From Macrostomum lignano (lineage: Eukaryota): DNA of 64,000 bases. The DNA lies in the NCBI GenBank assembly GCA_002269645.1, contig NIVC01000976.1, forward strand, positions 124,001-188,000. The letters are read 5' to 3'. Below, in pieces: positions 35,701-53,332 of the stretch (the first letter of the stretch is position 1; each line of letters starts with the position of its first letter). Below the pieces are notes generated by a model, which ran no database searches, was not told the DNA's origin, and saw nothing but the letters and a program-made list of their open reading frames with translations. The position numbers and the translations under genes were made by a program.

Positions 35701-37847
35701 GTGCTGTTCCTGCACGATCTGAGCGACATAATTCTGGAGTTCACCAAGATCAACGTGTACCTGAAGGACAGGGGCAAAAAGCTTTTCCTATTGAATGAGT
35801 GGCTCGCTAACATTGGATTCGTTATGTTCGCCTTTAGCTGGTTAGTTTTATCAGCTAACGTGTGCGCTAGCCTATGGGCTCTACACTGTACTTAGAGTTC
35901 CAGAGAGCCGGACTCAGTTTGGAGAGTTCCAGGTGTGCCTGACTCAGTTTGGAGAGTTCCAGGTGTGTCTGACTCAATATGGAGAGTTCCAGGCGTGCCT
36001 GACTCAACCTGGAGAGTATCCGGAGTGTCTGACTCAACATGGAGAGTTCCAGGTGTGCCTGACTCATTTTGGAGAGTTCCAGGTGTGCCTGACTCATTTT
36101 GGAGAGTTCCAGGTGTGCCTGACTCATTTTGGAGAGTTCCAGGTGTGCCTGACTCAACATGGAGAGTTCCAGGTGTGCCTGACTCATTTTGGAGAGTTCC
36201 AGGTGTGCCTGACTCATTTTGGAGAGTTCCAGGTGTGCCTGACTCAACATGGAGAGTTCCAGGTGTGCCTGACTCATTTTGGAGAGTTCCAGGTGTGCCT
36301 GACTCAACATGGAGAGTTCCAGGTGTGCCTGACTCAACATGGAGAGTTCCAGGTGTGCCTGACTCAACATGGAGAGTTCCAGGTGTGCCTGACTCAACAT
36401 GGAGAGTTCCAGGTGTGCCTGACTCAACATGGAGAGTTCCAGGTGTGCCTGACTCAACATGGAGAGTTCCAGGTGTGCCTGACTCAACATGGAGAGTTCC
36501 AGGTGTGCCTGACTCAACATGGAGAGTTCCAGGTGTGCCTGACTCAGTTTGGAGAGTATCCGGAGTGTCTGACTCAATATGGAGAGTTCCAGGTGTGTCT
36601 GACTCAACATGGAGAGTTCCAGGTGTGTCTGACTCAATATGGAGAGTTCCAGGTGTGCCTGACTCAGTTTGGAGAGTATCCGGAGTGTCTGACTCAATAT
36701 GGAGAGTTCCAGGTGTGTCTGACTCAATATGGAGAGTTCCAGGTGTGCCTGATTTAGTTTGGAGAGTATCCGGAGTGTCTGACTCAATATGGAGAGTTCC
36801 AGGTGTGCCTGACTCAGTTTGTGGAGTATCCGGAGTGTCTGACTCAATATGGAGAGTTCCAGGTGTGCCTGACTCAACATGGAGAGTTCCAGGTGTGCCT
36901 GACTCAGTTTGGAGTGTTCCATGTTCGCTAGGCTCAATCGGTATTAAGAGTGTAATTGCCTATTTGATAGTACTGTATTTATAAAAGGCGAAAATATCGG
37001 ATACTACTGCTGACAGTAGGCTCGTTAACGCACATGGTTACTGCTATTCATACACAGCTTTTTATTTTCTTTTAACAGGGCCTGGTTCCGTCTGTATTGG
37101 TTTCCGCTGAAGGTGCTGTACCCCTCCCACTGGAGCGTGTACCTGTACCACCAGGGCCGGGACCCTAAGATGTTCGTCTTCTTCAATTCGATGCTGTTCG
37201 CTTTGCAGATTCTCCACATCTACTGGTTTTACGTGAGTTTCTGTTTACTACTTATGTGACGATTAGTGCATATTTACTGTACATCCCTTTGTAGGCGTTT
37301 GATATGTACCCAATCAAATCACCTCCCTCCCTACTACCTTGATCATCTCTCTCTACTCCCTTTATCACCTCCCTCCCTACACCCTTCATCACCTTCCTAC
37401 TCCCTTCATCACCCCCTACTCCCTTCATCATCTGCCTACTCCCTTCATCACCTCCCTACTCCCTTCATCATCTGCCTACTCCCTTATTGCATACTCGTTT
37501 CATTATCTCTTGCTCTCTTCATCACTTACACACTTCATCACCTTTGTACTTCCCTCGCGGCGGCCTCGCCATCTCCCAGCCCTATCACTCATCCGCTTCC
37601 CCCATCCCAATTCGCCTCCTATCGCCAGCTCCTCTCCCCCCGCCGCCCGCAGTTCATCGTCCTGCTGCTGGTTCGCGTTGCCACCGGCACGCAGCGCGAG
37701 GTCGAAGACACTCGCGAATACGAGGAGGCCGAGCGCCACCGCCGGCTGAACGGCCACCAGGAGTCTCCGGGCGTCGATGACGCCAGCCAAGATGGCACCG
37801 TGGACAGCGCCGCAACGTCTATTCGGCACCGGACGAACAAAGACTAG
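29729..37847 (+). CDS. CERS1: Ceramide synthase (TLC/LAG1 family, CERS1-like), 6 exons: 29729-29983, 32336-32513, 35424-35604, 35679-35840, 37079-37232, 37653-37847
   Basis: GT-AG sites with consistent phases; [53 protein letters not shown] (Lag1 motif), WFRLYWFP, EVEDTRE. Confidence 0.92.
30100..32120. repeat. 36-bp satellite in ceramide synthase intron 1
   Basis: Unit GATCCCCATGCTTCACAGTCTCCATTGCCACTTCAC with higher-order variants. Confidence 0.95.
32550..33760. repeat. 16-bp satellite (CCAGTCTCACCCTCTC)n in intron 2
   Basis: Tandem array seen directly. Confidence 0.95.
34595..35350. repeat. Polypyrimidine ~20-bp repeats (CCCGTCACTCCCTTCCCTTT)n in intron 2
   Basis: Tandem array seen directly. 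Confidence 0.9.
35915..36915. repeat. 30-bp satellite in intron 4
   Basis: Unit GGAGAGTTCCAGGTGTGCCTGACTCAACAT. Confidence 0.95.
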
Positions 37848-38184
37848 TGCAATTGGTGCATGCTCGGGCTTGTGCTTTGTGCTATATTCTTGTTCTCTTA
37901 GTGTCCGCTAGATCGCTGTTGGCGCTGTGCTGAATCACCGAGTTTCATCAACAAGAGCGAAACTTCCCTCTGGTTCGAATTGCTCCACTCCGCTTCCCGC
38001 TTCCAAATTAAAGCCTGCTTCCCCTGATTTATCGCTTTTTTTTGCTCCAATCTTTTGACTTGCTGCTTGCGTTTGTCAATAAATTTTCCTAGCGAGCTTT
38101 GTTATTCTATTAGCCGACTGTTGAAATGGCGGCCTGGGTCTTGGGTTAATTGATTTCCTTGTTGTTATTTGCTTTTCTGCAGAG

Positions 38185-38850
38185 ATTGCCCCTGAACTGA
38201 ACCCCATGCAGATCGCCCCTGAACTGAACCCCAGATCTCCCCTGAACTGAACCCCAGATCGCCCCTGAACTGAACCCCAGATCGCCCCTAAACTGAACCC
38301 CAGATCGCCCCTGAACTGAACCCCAGATCTCCCCTGAACTGAACCCCAGATCGCCCCTGAACTGAACCCCAGATCGCCTCTGAACTGAACCCCAGATCGC
38401 CCCTGAACTGAACCCCAGATCGCCCCTGAACTGAACCCCAGATCGCCTCTGAACTGAACCCCAGATCGCCCCTGAACTGAACCCCAGATCGCCCCTGAAC
38501 TGAACCCCAGATCGCCCCTGAACTGAACCCCAGATCTCCCCTGAACTGAACCCCAGATCGCCCCTGAACTGAACCCCAGATCGCCCCTGAACTGAACCCC
38601 AGATCGCCCCTGAACTGAACCCCAGATCGCCTCTGAACTGAACCCCAGATTGCCCCTAAACTGAACCCCAGATCGCCCCTGAACTGAACCCCAGATCGCC
38701 CCTGAGCTGAACCCCAGATTGCCCCTAAACTGAACCCCAGATCGCCCCTGAACTGAACCCCAGATCTCCCCTGAACTGAACCCAAGCTCGGTCCTGAACT
38801 GAACCCGATATTGGCCCTGAATCCCTGAGATCGCCCCTGAACTGAACCCG
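38185..38850. repeat. 23-bp satellite (GAACTGAACCCCAGATCGCCCCT)n
   Basis: Tandem array seen directly. Confidence 0.95.
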
Positions 38851-39959
38851 AGCTTGTCGGTGACTCACCACCGTTGATAACCTGGCATTGATCCTATCGG
38901 AAATCCAATCTGCAATTTTAGACGTTTTTAACGCAGCCCGATATTTTCCTACGCAGTATTTTGACATTTGAAATCTTCTTTCTGGCGCTTAGTTATTGAA
39001 ATCGTAATTTTTCTTTCTTTTTTGTCTCGTTCAAATCGGTTATCGTAAGACTGTCCGAATTTCAAGTTACAGGTATTTTTCAAACTGGAGAAATAATTTA
39101 GTTGGCTATCTATTGACGCGCTTTTCTCTATTCTATTCCTTGTTTACCCGGCGCAGGTTTAATGACGCCCATACGCAGATGTGCATGGAGCAGGATGCAA
39201 AATTATTATGATCCTGTCTAATTGGGCTGAGAATCCTTGTATCTACCCTCGTATTAACAAGGATATTAATTATCGTTTCTATGCCGCGCTGGACTGTGCT
39301 CTGTTTAAGTTTTTAGGTATCGATTCGCACGCATCCTGTGCCAATTGGCAGTAAATGATTAACTATTTATTAAGTCTATTATTTTCGTATTAGGTATAGC
39401 TTATTATTAATTGTATTTGTACACCAAAATTGTTAACTTGCTTAATGGTGCCAAAGCGATGAACAATTTTTGTTAGTTCTGACTAATAGCGGAAAAATTG
39501 CAACGTCTTTACGTCTTTTTGTCGTATTTTGCTTCGTTTCAAGTTTTGACGTTCTTCATTTTATAGCTAATTGCTAAATCACAAATCTTCACATTGGGAT
39601 TGCAGCAATAAAACGTGTCTTAAATTATGCAATTTTTTTTAAAATATGGTGAAGATCGATTTGTGATTAAAAACATAACTGTGCAAATAAGAACAGACTC
39701 AATTACTCATTCTAAACAGAGTTCTAAAACTTAACTTCAAACCACCATAAAGTAACAGGAATTTAAGAGTTGTTAATCAATCAAGTAGCAGAACGGTAAC
39801 TAATTGTAATACCATACAAAGGCGTGACCCTAACTTGAACTGAATCATGCATTATTCAAATGAAGGACCACTAGAAGCTATACAGTTGTACGAGCCTATA
39901 ACACCGTTGCTCTAGAGGTTAGTGGTTGGAATTTCAAAGCCTGGGCTCCATGAAGTAAT

Positions 39960-40665
39960 CAAGGACGACTTAAGTAGGACGGGAAACCTCGTTTCTTAGA
40001 AAATTTTTAAAGGCACTTTTTCTCGAAAAATACACTATGGAGATAGGAAGTTTTCATTTTTTCAGCACAAAAATTGTAGTTGCTTTTGATAGGAGGCAGA
40101 TCCAGTGGTCATCTTTTGATGTTGCGCCTTTTTTATTGCTCTATCGATATTTATAAAGCTTTTTGTTCAGAAAACTAGGATTCTAGATGTTAATTTTCTA
40201 TTATACGTATATTTTCTGTATCTAAAAATCACAAAAATGCATGACACAGGTCCAATGTTTGGTTTTATGAATCTATTTTATCATCTCTGTTACAAATATT
40301 TGTTGCACAGTCAGCTAAGAATGATAAAATACATGTAGACTCATATAAAACCAAAGAGCCAAGCCGTCGCATTTTAATGTATTTCAGGCACAAGAGTCAA
40401 GACACGTGAAAATGTACGTAGAATAAAAAATTAACATAGAATCCTAATATTCTGAACAAAAAGCTTCATAAATGTCGATAGAGTAATAAAAAAGCACAAC
40501 ATAGCAAAGATGAACACTGGATATGCCTCCTATCAAAAGCCATAACAATATTTGTGCTGAAAAAGTGAAAACTTCCTATCTCAGTAATGTATTTTTTGGG
40601 AAAACCTGCCTTTAAAAATTTTCTAAGAAACGAGGTTTCCCGTCCTTATACTCGAGTCGTCCTTG
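39960..40665. mobile_element. Foldback/MITE with long (~250 bp) diverged inverted arms
   Basis: CAAGGACGACT...GGACGGGAAACCTCGTTTCTTAGAAAATTTTTAAAGGC mirrored at the right end; TSD degraded or unclear. Confidence 0.75.
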
Positions 40666-41311
40666 GAAGTTTAATTGGTTAATGAATATATGCGTAGTAG
40701 CGTAAGTTACACGCTACACCTGAAAAATTGTTTATTTGATTAAAACAAAGCTAGAGTTAAAAAGCCACAAGAAACTTATAGCAGCTTAAACGTTTAATAA
40801 ATAACATCTTTAATAGGTTACTCTTAATGAAAAATGCTAAAGATCCTCTTGCAAAATACATTAAAACGCGCTTCGTAGTTTTTCGTTTTACATTTTCGGT
40901 TTTATGCAATAATGGAATTCATAGAATATATCATTGTTGTCTGTAGCGTTAAATTATGATCTTGCAGCTTTAGATTTGTTGTATTTTTCAGTAGCATTTG
41001 ACATTAAACTTTTTGCAAAATGCCTATCTTTTATTTGGAATTAAAGGGCGATGCCGGAGAATTCCATAGGGTAAGTTTCAGTGCAGTACTACACTTTAAA
41101 TAATTTAATGATAAAATTTAATGATAAATATGCATGATGTTTGACTTGTGAATTTGTAAATGAAATATTCTTTTTGTGTCAATGAATTTTTCTAATATCT
41201 CTGTTATACTTATAAAATATTCAATTTAAGGTCTAATACTAATGACAATGTCATGATGCCAATGGCAGCAATGTTAGGCCTAGTATTATAATTTATTTTT
41301 GGAAGTAGCTA

Positions 41312-42261
41312 CAGGGGCGGATTTAGGAGAGGGTGGCTGCCCCCTGCCTTAAAAGCTTGAAAGAACATATTGCGCCCCCCCAAAAACTTAAGTTTGCACT
41401 AGTGTTCCGCCGTAGCCGTAGCTTTTAGATCCTACGGCAAATACAGTAAAATAGGTGCCTACAGCAGCTACGGATACGCCTACAGTAGCTAGCTGCTCTT
41501 ACGGCTACAACTACGGAAATATGGTAGTTGCTGACACATTCCGTAGATTCCCATAGCCATAGTTATTAATGTTAAAAATTGAAATAAATATTAGAAACAG
41601 GTAGAGTAAAACAAAGATACTTTTAGTAAACTGTATTATCAATCTAGAAACTTATAAAATATACCTAAAAAAGTATAATAAAACACTAGCAAACTCTAAT
41701 TTTTATTAATATGAAAAATTTTAATGTTAGTAATTTCAGCAATGATTAAGTATTGTTGCTCTGAAAAAAGATGAAATATAATCTTACAAAGACAATTGAT
41801 TGTTTATTTTATTTTCTAATTTAATTTGCATATGTTTAAGCACTAGGTTATCGTCTTGATTCAAGATATTTTATTTTTTAGACTTTTTGTTAAAATTATG
41901 GCTACCGCTACGGGAACTATGGGAATATAGTAATTTCGAGGTCCCTACGGCTACGGAATACAGGGAATTGGAATAAGCTATAGTTTTGCTTACGGCTACG
42001 GCTACGGTATATGGACCTTCCTTATGGTGGAACACTAGTTTGCACCCCCTAAACTTGATATTTTGCCCCAAACACCTTTTTTGCACCTAAGCTTGACTTT
42101 TCACCCCATATATATATGCATTTTTTGCTCCCCTAAGCTTGATTTTTTGCCCTACTTTATGCACTTTTGCACCCCTAGCTTAAAACTTAGTGCCCTTTAT
42201 ACTTGTGTTGATGCCCCAAACTTGTACCACCTCCCAAAATGAAACTCTAGATCTGCCACTA
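41312..42261. mobile_element. hAT-like MITE (outer)
   Basis: 8-bp TSD AGTAGCTA (41304-41311, 42262-42269); imperfect TIRs CAGGGGCGGATTTAG / CTAGATCTGCCACTA. Confidence 0.75.
41400..42037. mobile_element. hAT-like MITE (inner, nested)
   Basis: 8-bp TSD GTTTGCAC (41392-41399, 42038-42045); TIR TAGTGTTCC/GGAACACTA; subterminal CCGTAGC/GCTACGG repeats. Confidence 0.8.
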
Positions 42262-43664
42262 AGTAGCTATTATTTATTTTTAGTTATAGCCCTTGGTCTT
42301 AGCTAGGTTTTTTGTGTCTTAAACATGTCATGACATATCAAAATTGAAAATGACAACAATTTAGATGTCATAATATGCCAAATGGCATAACAATTTTGAC
42401 AAAAAACCTAGGCTCCTAGGCCTAGGGGCTATATTTTAGTATAATGGACTATAGTATAGCAATACTAATACTAACAATATAAATATTATATTGTTTTTAT
42501 TTTTGTTTATTTTATTTAATCAATATTTAATCAATGACTAATACTCTAATGCTAATAATCTAAAGGCAAAAATCTTTTTCATTATTTGCATAACAAAGAA
42601 TTATATAAAATAGGTATTGATCTTTTTGCTATTGTTAGAAATACCATAGTCCAAATCATAGCAGGCATACACCCCATAGTCTAGATCATTCCAAGCATAT
42701 GCTGAAATGAAAATTCTTTTTTTTCATTTTATGCCAACATAAATTTAAAAAAATTAATGCCAAACCCAAAGTTGTTTATATAAAATATGTATATTCTTAA
42801 AGAAAATATATTTTTAGAAATATAAGAGTTTTAATAAACTTTTAAATAACTGTTTTTTGCTAAAAACTGATATTATTAGTTTTTATTTTGTTTTTCTCAA
42901 AAATTGTAATAATATTTTCTATTTTAATTTTTAATTATTTTTTTAAAAAGCTTTTGTTGGTTGATATTTAACTAAGCAATTAATTTAGCCCTGAACATGG
43001 CTATTATTTGTATGCCAACTGTGTATACTTCATGTTGAATTTGAAAATTCTACATGCCAAGTATATGCCAAGATTGTCAGAAAAGCAAAAATACATGAGA
43101 ATTTTCTAGTGTAAAGGCCACCTTCCAGACTATGGCATATACCAAAATGAAAATTTTAGATTTTATTATTCTAATCCAATATATATAAAAAAAAATTATG
43201 CCAAGTGTGAAGTTGCTTATTTGTCAACTTTATTTATAATTGTAGAGTATTTTTAGAAATAAAAGAGTTTAATTAAACTAAAAAGCATTTATTCTTTGCT
43301 AGAACTTGGTATTCTTTGTTTTAATTTCGTTTTCCTTGGAAGTTACATTATTATTTTCTATAATTATTTTCTATTATTTAAAAAAAGCTCTCCTTGATTA
43401 ATATTTAATTACACTATATATAGTAGGCCTAACTTTGGCTATTTTTTGTATACCAACTATGTAAACTAATGTTGAACATGAAAATTCTATGTGCCAAATG
43501 TATGCCAAAATTGTTAATGAAGGCAAAAATATGCCATAAAGTAGACAATTGGTTTGTAACTTTTTCAGTTTGTCTACTTTGGCAACTAATGAAATTAGGC
43601 TTGCTCCTACTACTTCTTTATTATATTTAAAGTAGACGCTGTTTGCTTCCTGGATTAGGCCCTT

Positions 43665-49039
<5,375 letters not shown>

Positions 49040-49153
49040 GGATTAGGCCCTTGGGGATTACCTTAAATCTCAAGCCTCTTCAGTGGGAAGTTCTCTTAGC
49101 TCTCAGTAGCGTAGGTAGTGCTGCCACCAGTCCCTTCGGGTCTCGGCCTTCCA

Positions 49154-50014
49154 TGAGGTGAGCTTCCCTTTGGAACGAAATAATGAAGTCAACGAACACA
49201 GCACAGCGTGCAGATTTTAGAGCACAATATATAGGGCGTCTTGTCAGCAGTACCTGCCAGGCTAGGATGGTACAGGGAGGGCTGAGTTAGCCTCTCGTAG
49301 ACTTGGGTTGGCTTGGTCGGGTCTCAGTCGGAGCAATAGGAATAGAATCAATGTGCGCAAAGACTCGGACACTTGGGACTTAGTCACATGCAGGCGTAGA
49401 ACTCGAGGTTGGACAGAAAGAAGACTCCTTGACGGAAACAAGGGGGAGAGGGCTCCTATTTATAGCCGAGAAACACCCGCGCTCAAGACCTCGTGACTTG
49501 TTCTATTTTTAGAACTGACATCACTCAAGAGTCTTGGACAGGGTACAAGCGCGCGGAAGACCTCGTGACTTGTTCTATTTTTAGAACTGACGTCACTTGA
49601 GGGTCCCCCGGCAGAGTGCACATGGCTGTGACTCAGTTGCTATTTTTAGCAACATGAGTCACTCCTCTCCCTAGAGAAGGGAGGGGTCCGAAAGCATGTG
49701 ACTCACCCAGTAAACAGGGCCAACGAGTGCAGTAAACATGTTTACTGCACTTTAAGACTCAAAGAATGCAAGAACTGTCATGTGACTTGTTCACATGACA
49801 GAGGAAAACAGGACGGAAGCAAAACAGAGACAGCCCACAGTCGAGAGACTGAGGGCTGAGAACGGAAACGCAGCAGGGCGGAAAAGACACGGGGGCAACA
49901 GGCAAACGAAATGAGGTCGGGAAGCTGACCAGCGGCAGACAGCAACCCAAAGAGAGGACAAGGGAACGGCTGACAAGGGCGACGCCTAACCATAAACTAG
50001 TGGCTAAAACTACA
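49154..50014 (-). mobile_element. Candidate LTR (~861 bp)
   Basis: On the minus strand a purine tract AACGGGGAGAG is followed by TGTAG..., then an enhancer-motif cluster, CTATAAATAGG TATA (49456-49466), an end ...CCTCA and a TGG-starting PBS-like sequence. No second LTR seen. Confidence 0.45.
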
Positions 50015-51689
50015 CTCTCCCCGTTCAAATAAAGAGGCGGAGTGAAGGCGGAGCGTGCCTTTATTTAAAAAGTTAAAATGTTGGCTATACTTCAAACAGT
50101 TGGCCATGGCAAAGGTTGGAGTGTCACATGGCGCGTAACAAGGGCTGGGTCAAGGCCCGTAGTGTGACCCGAGTTGAATGCACACGATCAGAAAAGAGGG
50201 GGGCGCCAGCCCCAGCAAAAGGGCGCCTAAATGCCGGGATGCAGATGACAGGTGCAGAGCCCATAAAAGGTGAGGGCGCCTCCATGGGCATAAAAGAGCA
50301 AATGTACTGTTATTGGCAAGTGGGTTGCCCACACCAAGGCAGAGCCCAAGAAAAGACTAAACGCGGAGAGGCCGGAAGACCCTTGGGTGTGAAGAAGGAG
50401 GACAATCATCCTTGAGCAGCTCGGGGGTGCCTGCCCAAACAAAAGAAAAGTGCCTAAATATAAATCACCATGACATGGCATTAATGTTTGGCATGCAGCT
50501 TAATGGGGCGGAGAGCTTTTAGGTTTACTCTGAGTTCACGTCGCAATTCTCAATGATAGCCGGGACCACCGGCGTACGCCCAGCGATCTGCGCAGCCGCG
50601 AACCGGCCGACATAGCGTACCGCCTCCGGGAACCTGGGCCGATGGATATTTGGGGCGGCGACATCGGCGGCATCATCTAGCAGCCGCTGCCGGTCTTTGT
50701 CGACGAGGGCGCGGAGCATGGACCATCGTGGCCACTCGGCCACCGTCGGAAGCGTCCCAACGTGAGCAGCCGTCGTCAACAGCCGGGCAATATGGTAGAC
50801 CGCGGCTACATAGTGGTCAATAGCCATTCGGAGTCCAGTGGGTATGGCCTCAGCTTCCAGGTGGTCAGGAGCTGGCTCAATGTCAGGCGACAGAATGGCG
50901 GCGATGGCTGCGGCGACAGTTGGGCTCTCGGGCAAATTCGGCGGGGCCGGAGGCGAGCTAAGGTCCGGTGAGCCTGTCGCCGAAATAGCAGTCTAAGCAC
51001 TGCGCGACGTCTCCGACCCGGGCTGGACGGAGTCGCTCGTCTGAGTGGCCGCCTCACAACAGCCGGCGGCATCCGGGTCATCCTCGGGAACCGTCGGCAA
51101 TAACGGCGAGCCTTCGCTCGGCGGGGAGACGAGCTCAACCCGCAGCTCAGGGCCGACTAGCCGGAGGACCTGTGGTACCTGCGGGCAAAGTTGAGCTGCA
51201 GCCTGGCCAGCTTCCAGCTTGGCTTCCACGCCCAGAGTCGAGGCCGAAGCCCCGGCTCCGAGGTGGTCGCCGCAGGCGGCTTCCGGGGCCGGGAATGTAG
51301 GCTCGGCCTTTGGGCAGCGAGAGAGTCAGCCTCCTGTGATCGACTGGGCCTCCAGGCTCCGGCGCTGCCGCTCGAGCTCGCGATCGACTTGAGCGACAAG
51401 GGCCGCATTGAGCTGCCTGACGTTGTTCACCGCAGGCGACTGGACGCGCCGCACTGGGGCCGGGGACTTTTCGTTCGTGAAATCAATGAAGACCTCACGC
51501 GAAGCACCGGCGGTCCAGTTGTGCCCCGTACCCCTACGGCACGCCTCAGGCAGGGAGCGGCGCTCCGGCGGTGGCGAACGTCGGCGAGACAGGCGGGCAG
51601 GTGACTCTGGCCTGGCTGAGGGCCTGCCGATCCTCAAGTTCTTCAAGTAACCTCACAACTCAGTGTTACAGCAGCCACGGCGTCTAATC

Positions 51690-52988
51690 GGTGTCACATT
51701 CCCTCAAAGTACTTTCCATCACTATCTATGCACCATCGCAATGCATATGCACCATGTCTGAAAGCAGTCATGGTACTTTGAAGTTGGTATACCCTGTAGA
51801 GCTGAATGTACCGCTTGGGCAAGGTCTTGTATGTGTGAAAATGGCCTCCCAGAAATGACGCATTTGATCCTTGGGAACAGCCAAAAGTCGCATGGTGCTA
51901 GGTCTGGAGAGAAGGGTGGATAGGGCAGCAGCTGGACCCCCTGCTGCTCCAGGTATGCCATGGTTGAGGCCACTCTGTGTGGTGCTGCATTGTCATGGTG
52001 CAGCAGGAGTCGAGGTCCATGCCTGGTTCGCGCACGTTCCTGCCGCTCCTGCAGCACGCCTGGCAGAACAGTGTCTGTGTAGTACCTGGCAGTCACTGTG
52101 GCGCCCACTGGAAGGATGTTCACCAATACAACACCCTGAGAGTTGAAAAAAGGTGAAAATCGGCTTCCGACTGCGGAATCCGGTCTGCAGCACCTCAGGC
52201 CTTGGCTCATCTGCCAACCAGACCATGTTGGACTGCTTATCCTTCATGGTAAAAGAAGGAGATCCAACATTCGTCTCCTGTGATGACATCCGACAGTCGT
52301 TGTGGGTCGTGGGGCTCAAACATTTGCACCCACAAGCGACAGATGCGCACCCTCTCTGCTTGCTGCTCCAGAGTGAGAAGATGGGGTACCCACCAAGCGC
52401 AGGTCTTTGTGCAGCCCAGTTGCTCATGCATGATGTTATGAGCACTTCCATAGCTGACACCAAGCTCATAGGCAAGGAATCTTAGCGTAATGCTCCAATC
52501 CTCACGAATTATTGCATCGGCATGGGCCACGACATCTTCAGTCACGGATGTCTGGGGTCGACCAGACCTCGGTTCATCGTCGAAGCTGAAGCTGTCCCGG
52601 CCTTCCAAGAAATGGCGCAGCCAGCGGGCAACCGTGTCAAATGATGGGGCAGAGTCAGCTAAAACATTCACCAGATCGGTCACTTTGAATTCACCAGATC
52701 GGTCACCAGAATCGGTCACTTTTGAATCTCAGTCACTTTGCAACCAAGTTGCATGCACATAAAGATATAGAAGCGAACACTGTCTTTTGATGTTTCCATC
52801 AGCTACTGAAAACACATGGAAAATATGTGGCTGAGAAATTTTACTGGAGCACATTTGGAAGCCAAAAATGCATATAAATATAGCAAACAGATATAGCCAC
52901 ATACATGTATGTGTAAGTTTTTGGCTTTTGCCGATTCTATAACTAAAAGCTATAACAAAAGGTTGCAGAACTTTTTGATCACCCCTCG
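51690..52988 (-). mobile_element. Second mariner relic with one TIR retained
   Basis: TIR TA|CGAGGGGTGATCAAAAAG at the right end; WVPHLL, ITGDECW, HHDNAAPH, PPFSPDLAPCDFWLFP; frameshifted. Confidence 0.85.
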
Positions 52989-53332
52989 TAAAACAACTTT
53001 TTTTTAAATTGTTTTAATCTAAGATATCTTTTTTTAAGTGTACATTTCTTATGGAATGACTTTATATAGTCAGTTTGTATTATTAACTTTTGAACTTACT
53101 AGACCACTAGACAATGGCCCCACCTCCCCCAAATTTCAAAACTGCATAATCAGCTGTTGCAAAAATTTACAAAAGCTTCCTTAAAAAGTTTACAAGTAGA
53201 GAATCTCTAGTTGTGACTTAAGTTTGATTCTCTAGATTATCTTCTTGGAAATAGATCTAAAATAATAGATCATGACCCAGCCAACCCTCCCACTGCACTC
53301 AGCTGAGACCAGTCAGCCTGTCGGACTCCCAG

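Noticed and set aside
30081-36984. Repeat-protein ORFs (MLHSLHCH, SQSHP, QAHLELS, WRVPGVPDS)
   Set aside because: They are intronic satellites of the ceramide synthase gene; the spliced model skips them with consistent phases. The same reasoning applies to 59202-60231 and 61574-62671.
37880-38970. Possible minus-strand mini-gene (exon ending RLSTV|GTGAGT near 38850 and an open stretch near 37900-38030)
   Set aside because: Short, no recognisable family, and the start and acceptor cannot be supported without transcript data.
41400-42037. The inner hAT MITE has the same length (638 bp) as the viral TIR
   Set aside because: No sequence similarity; coincidence.
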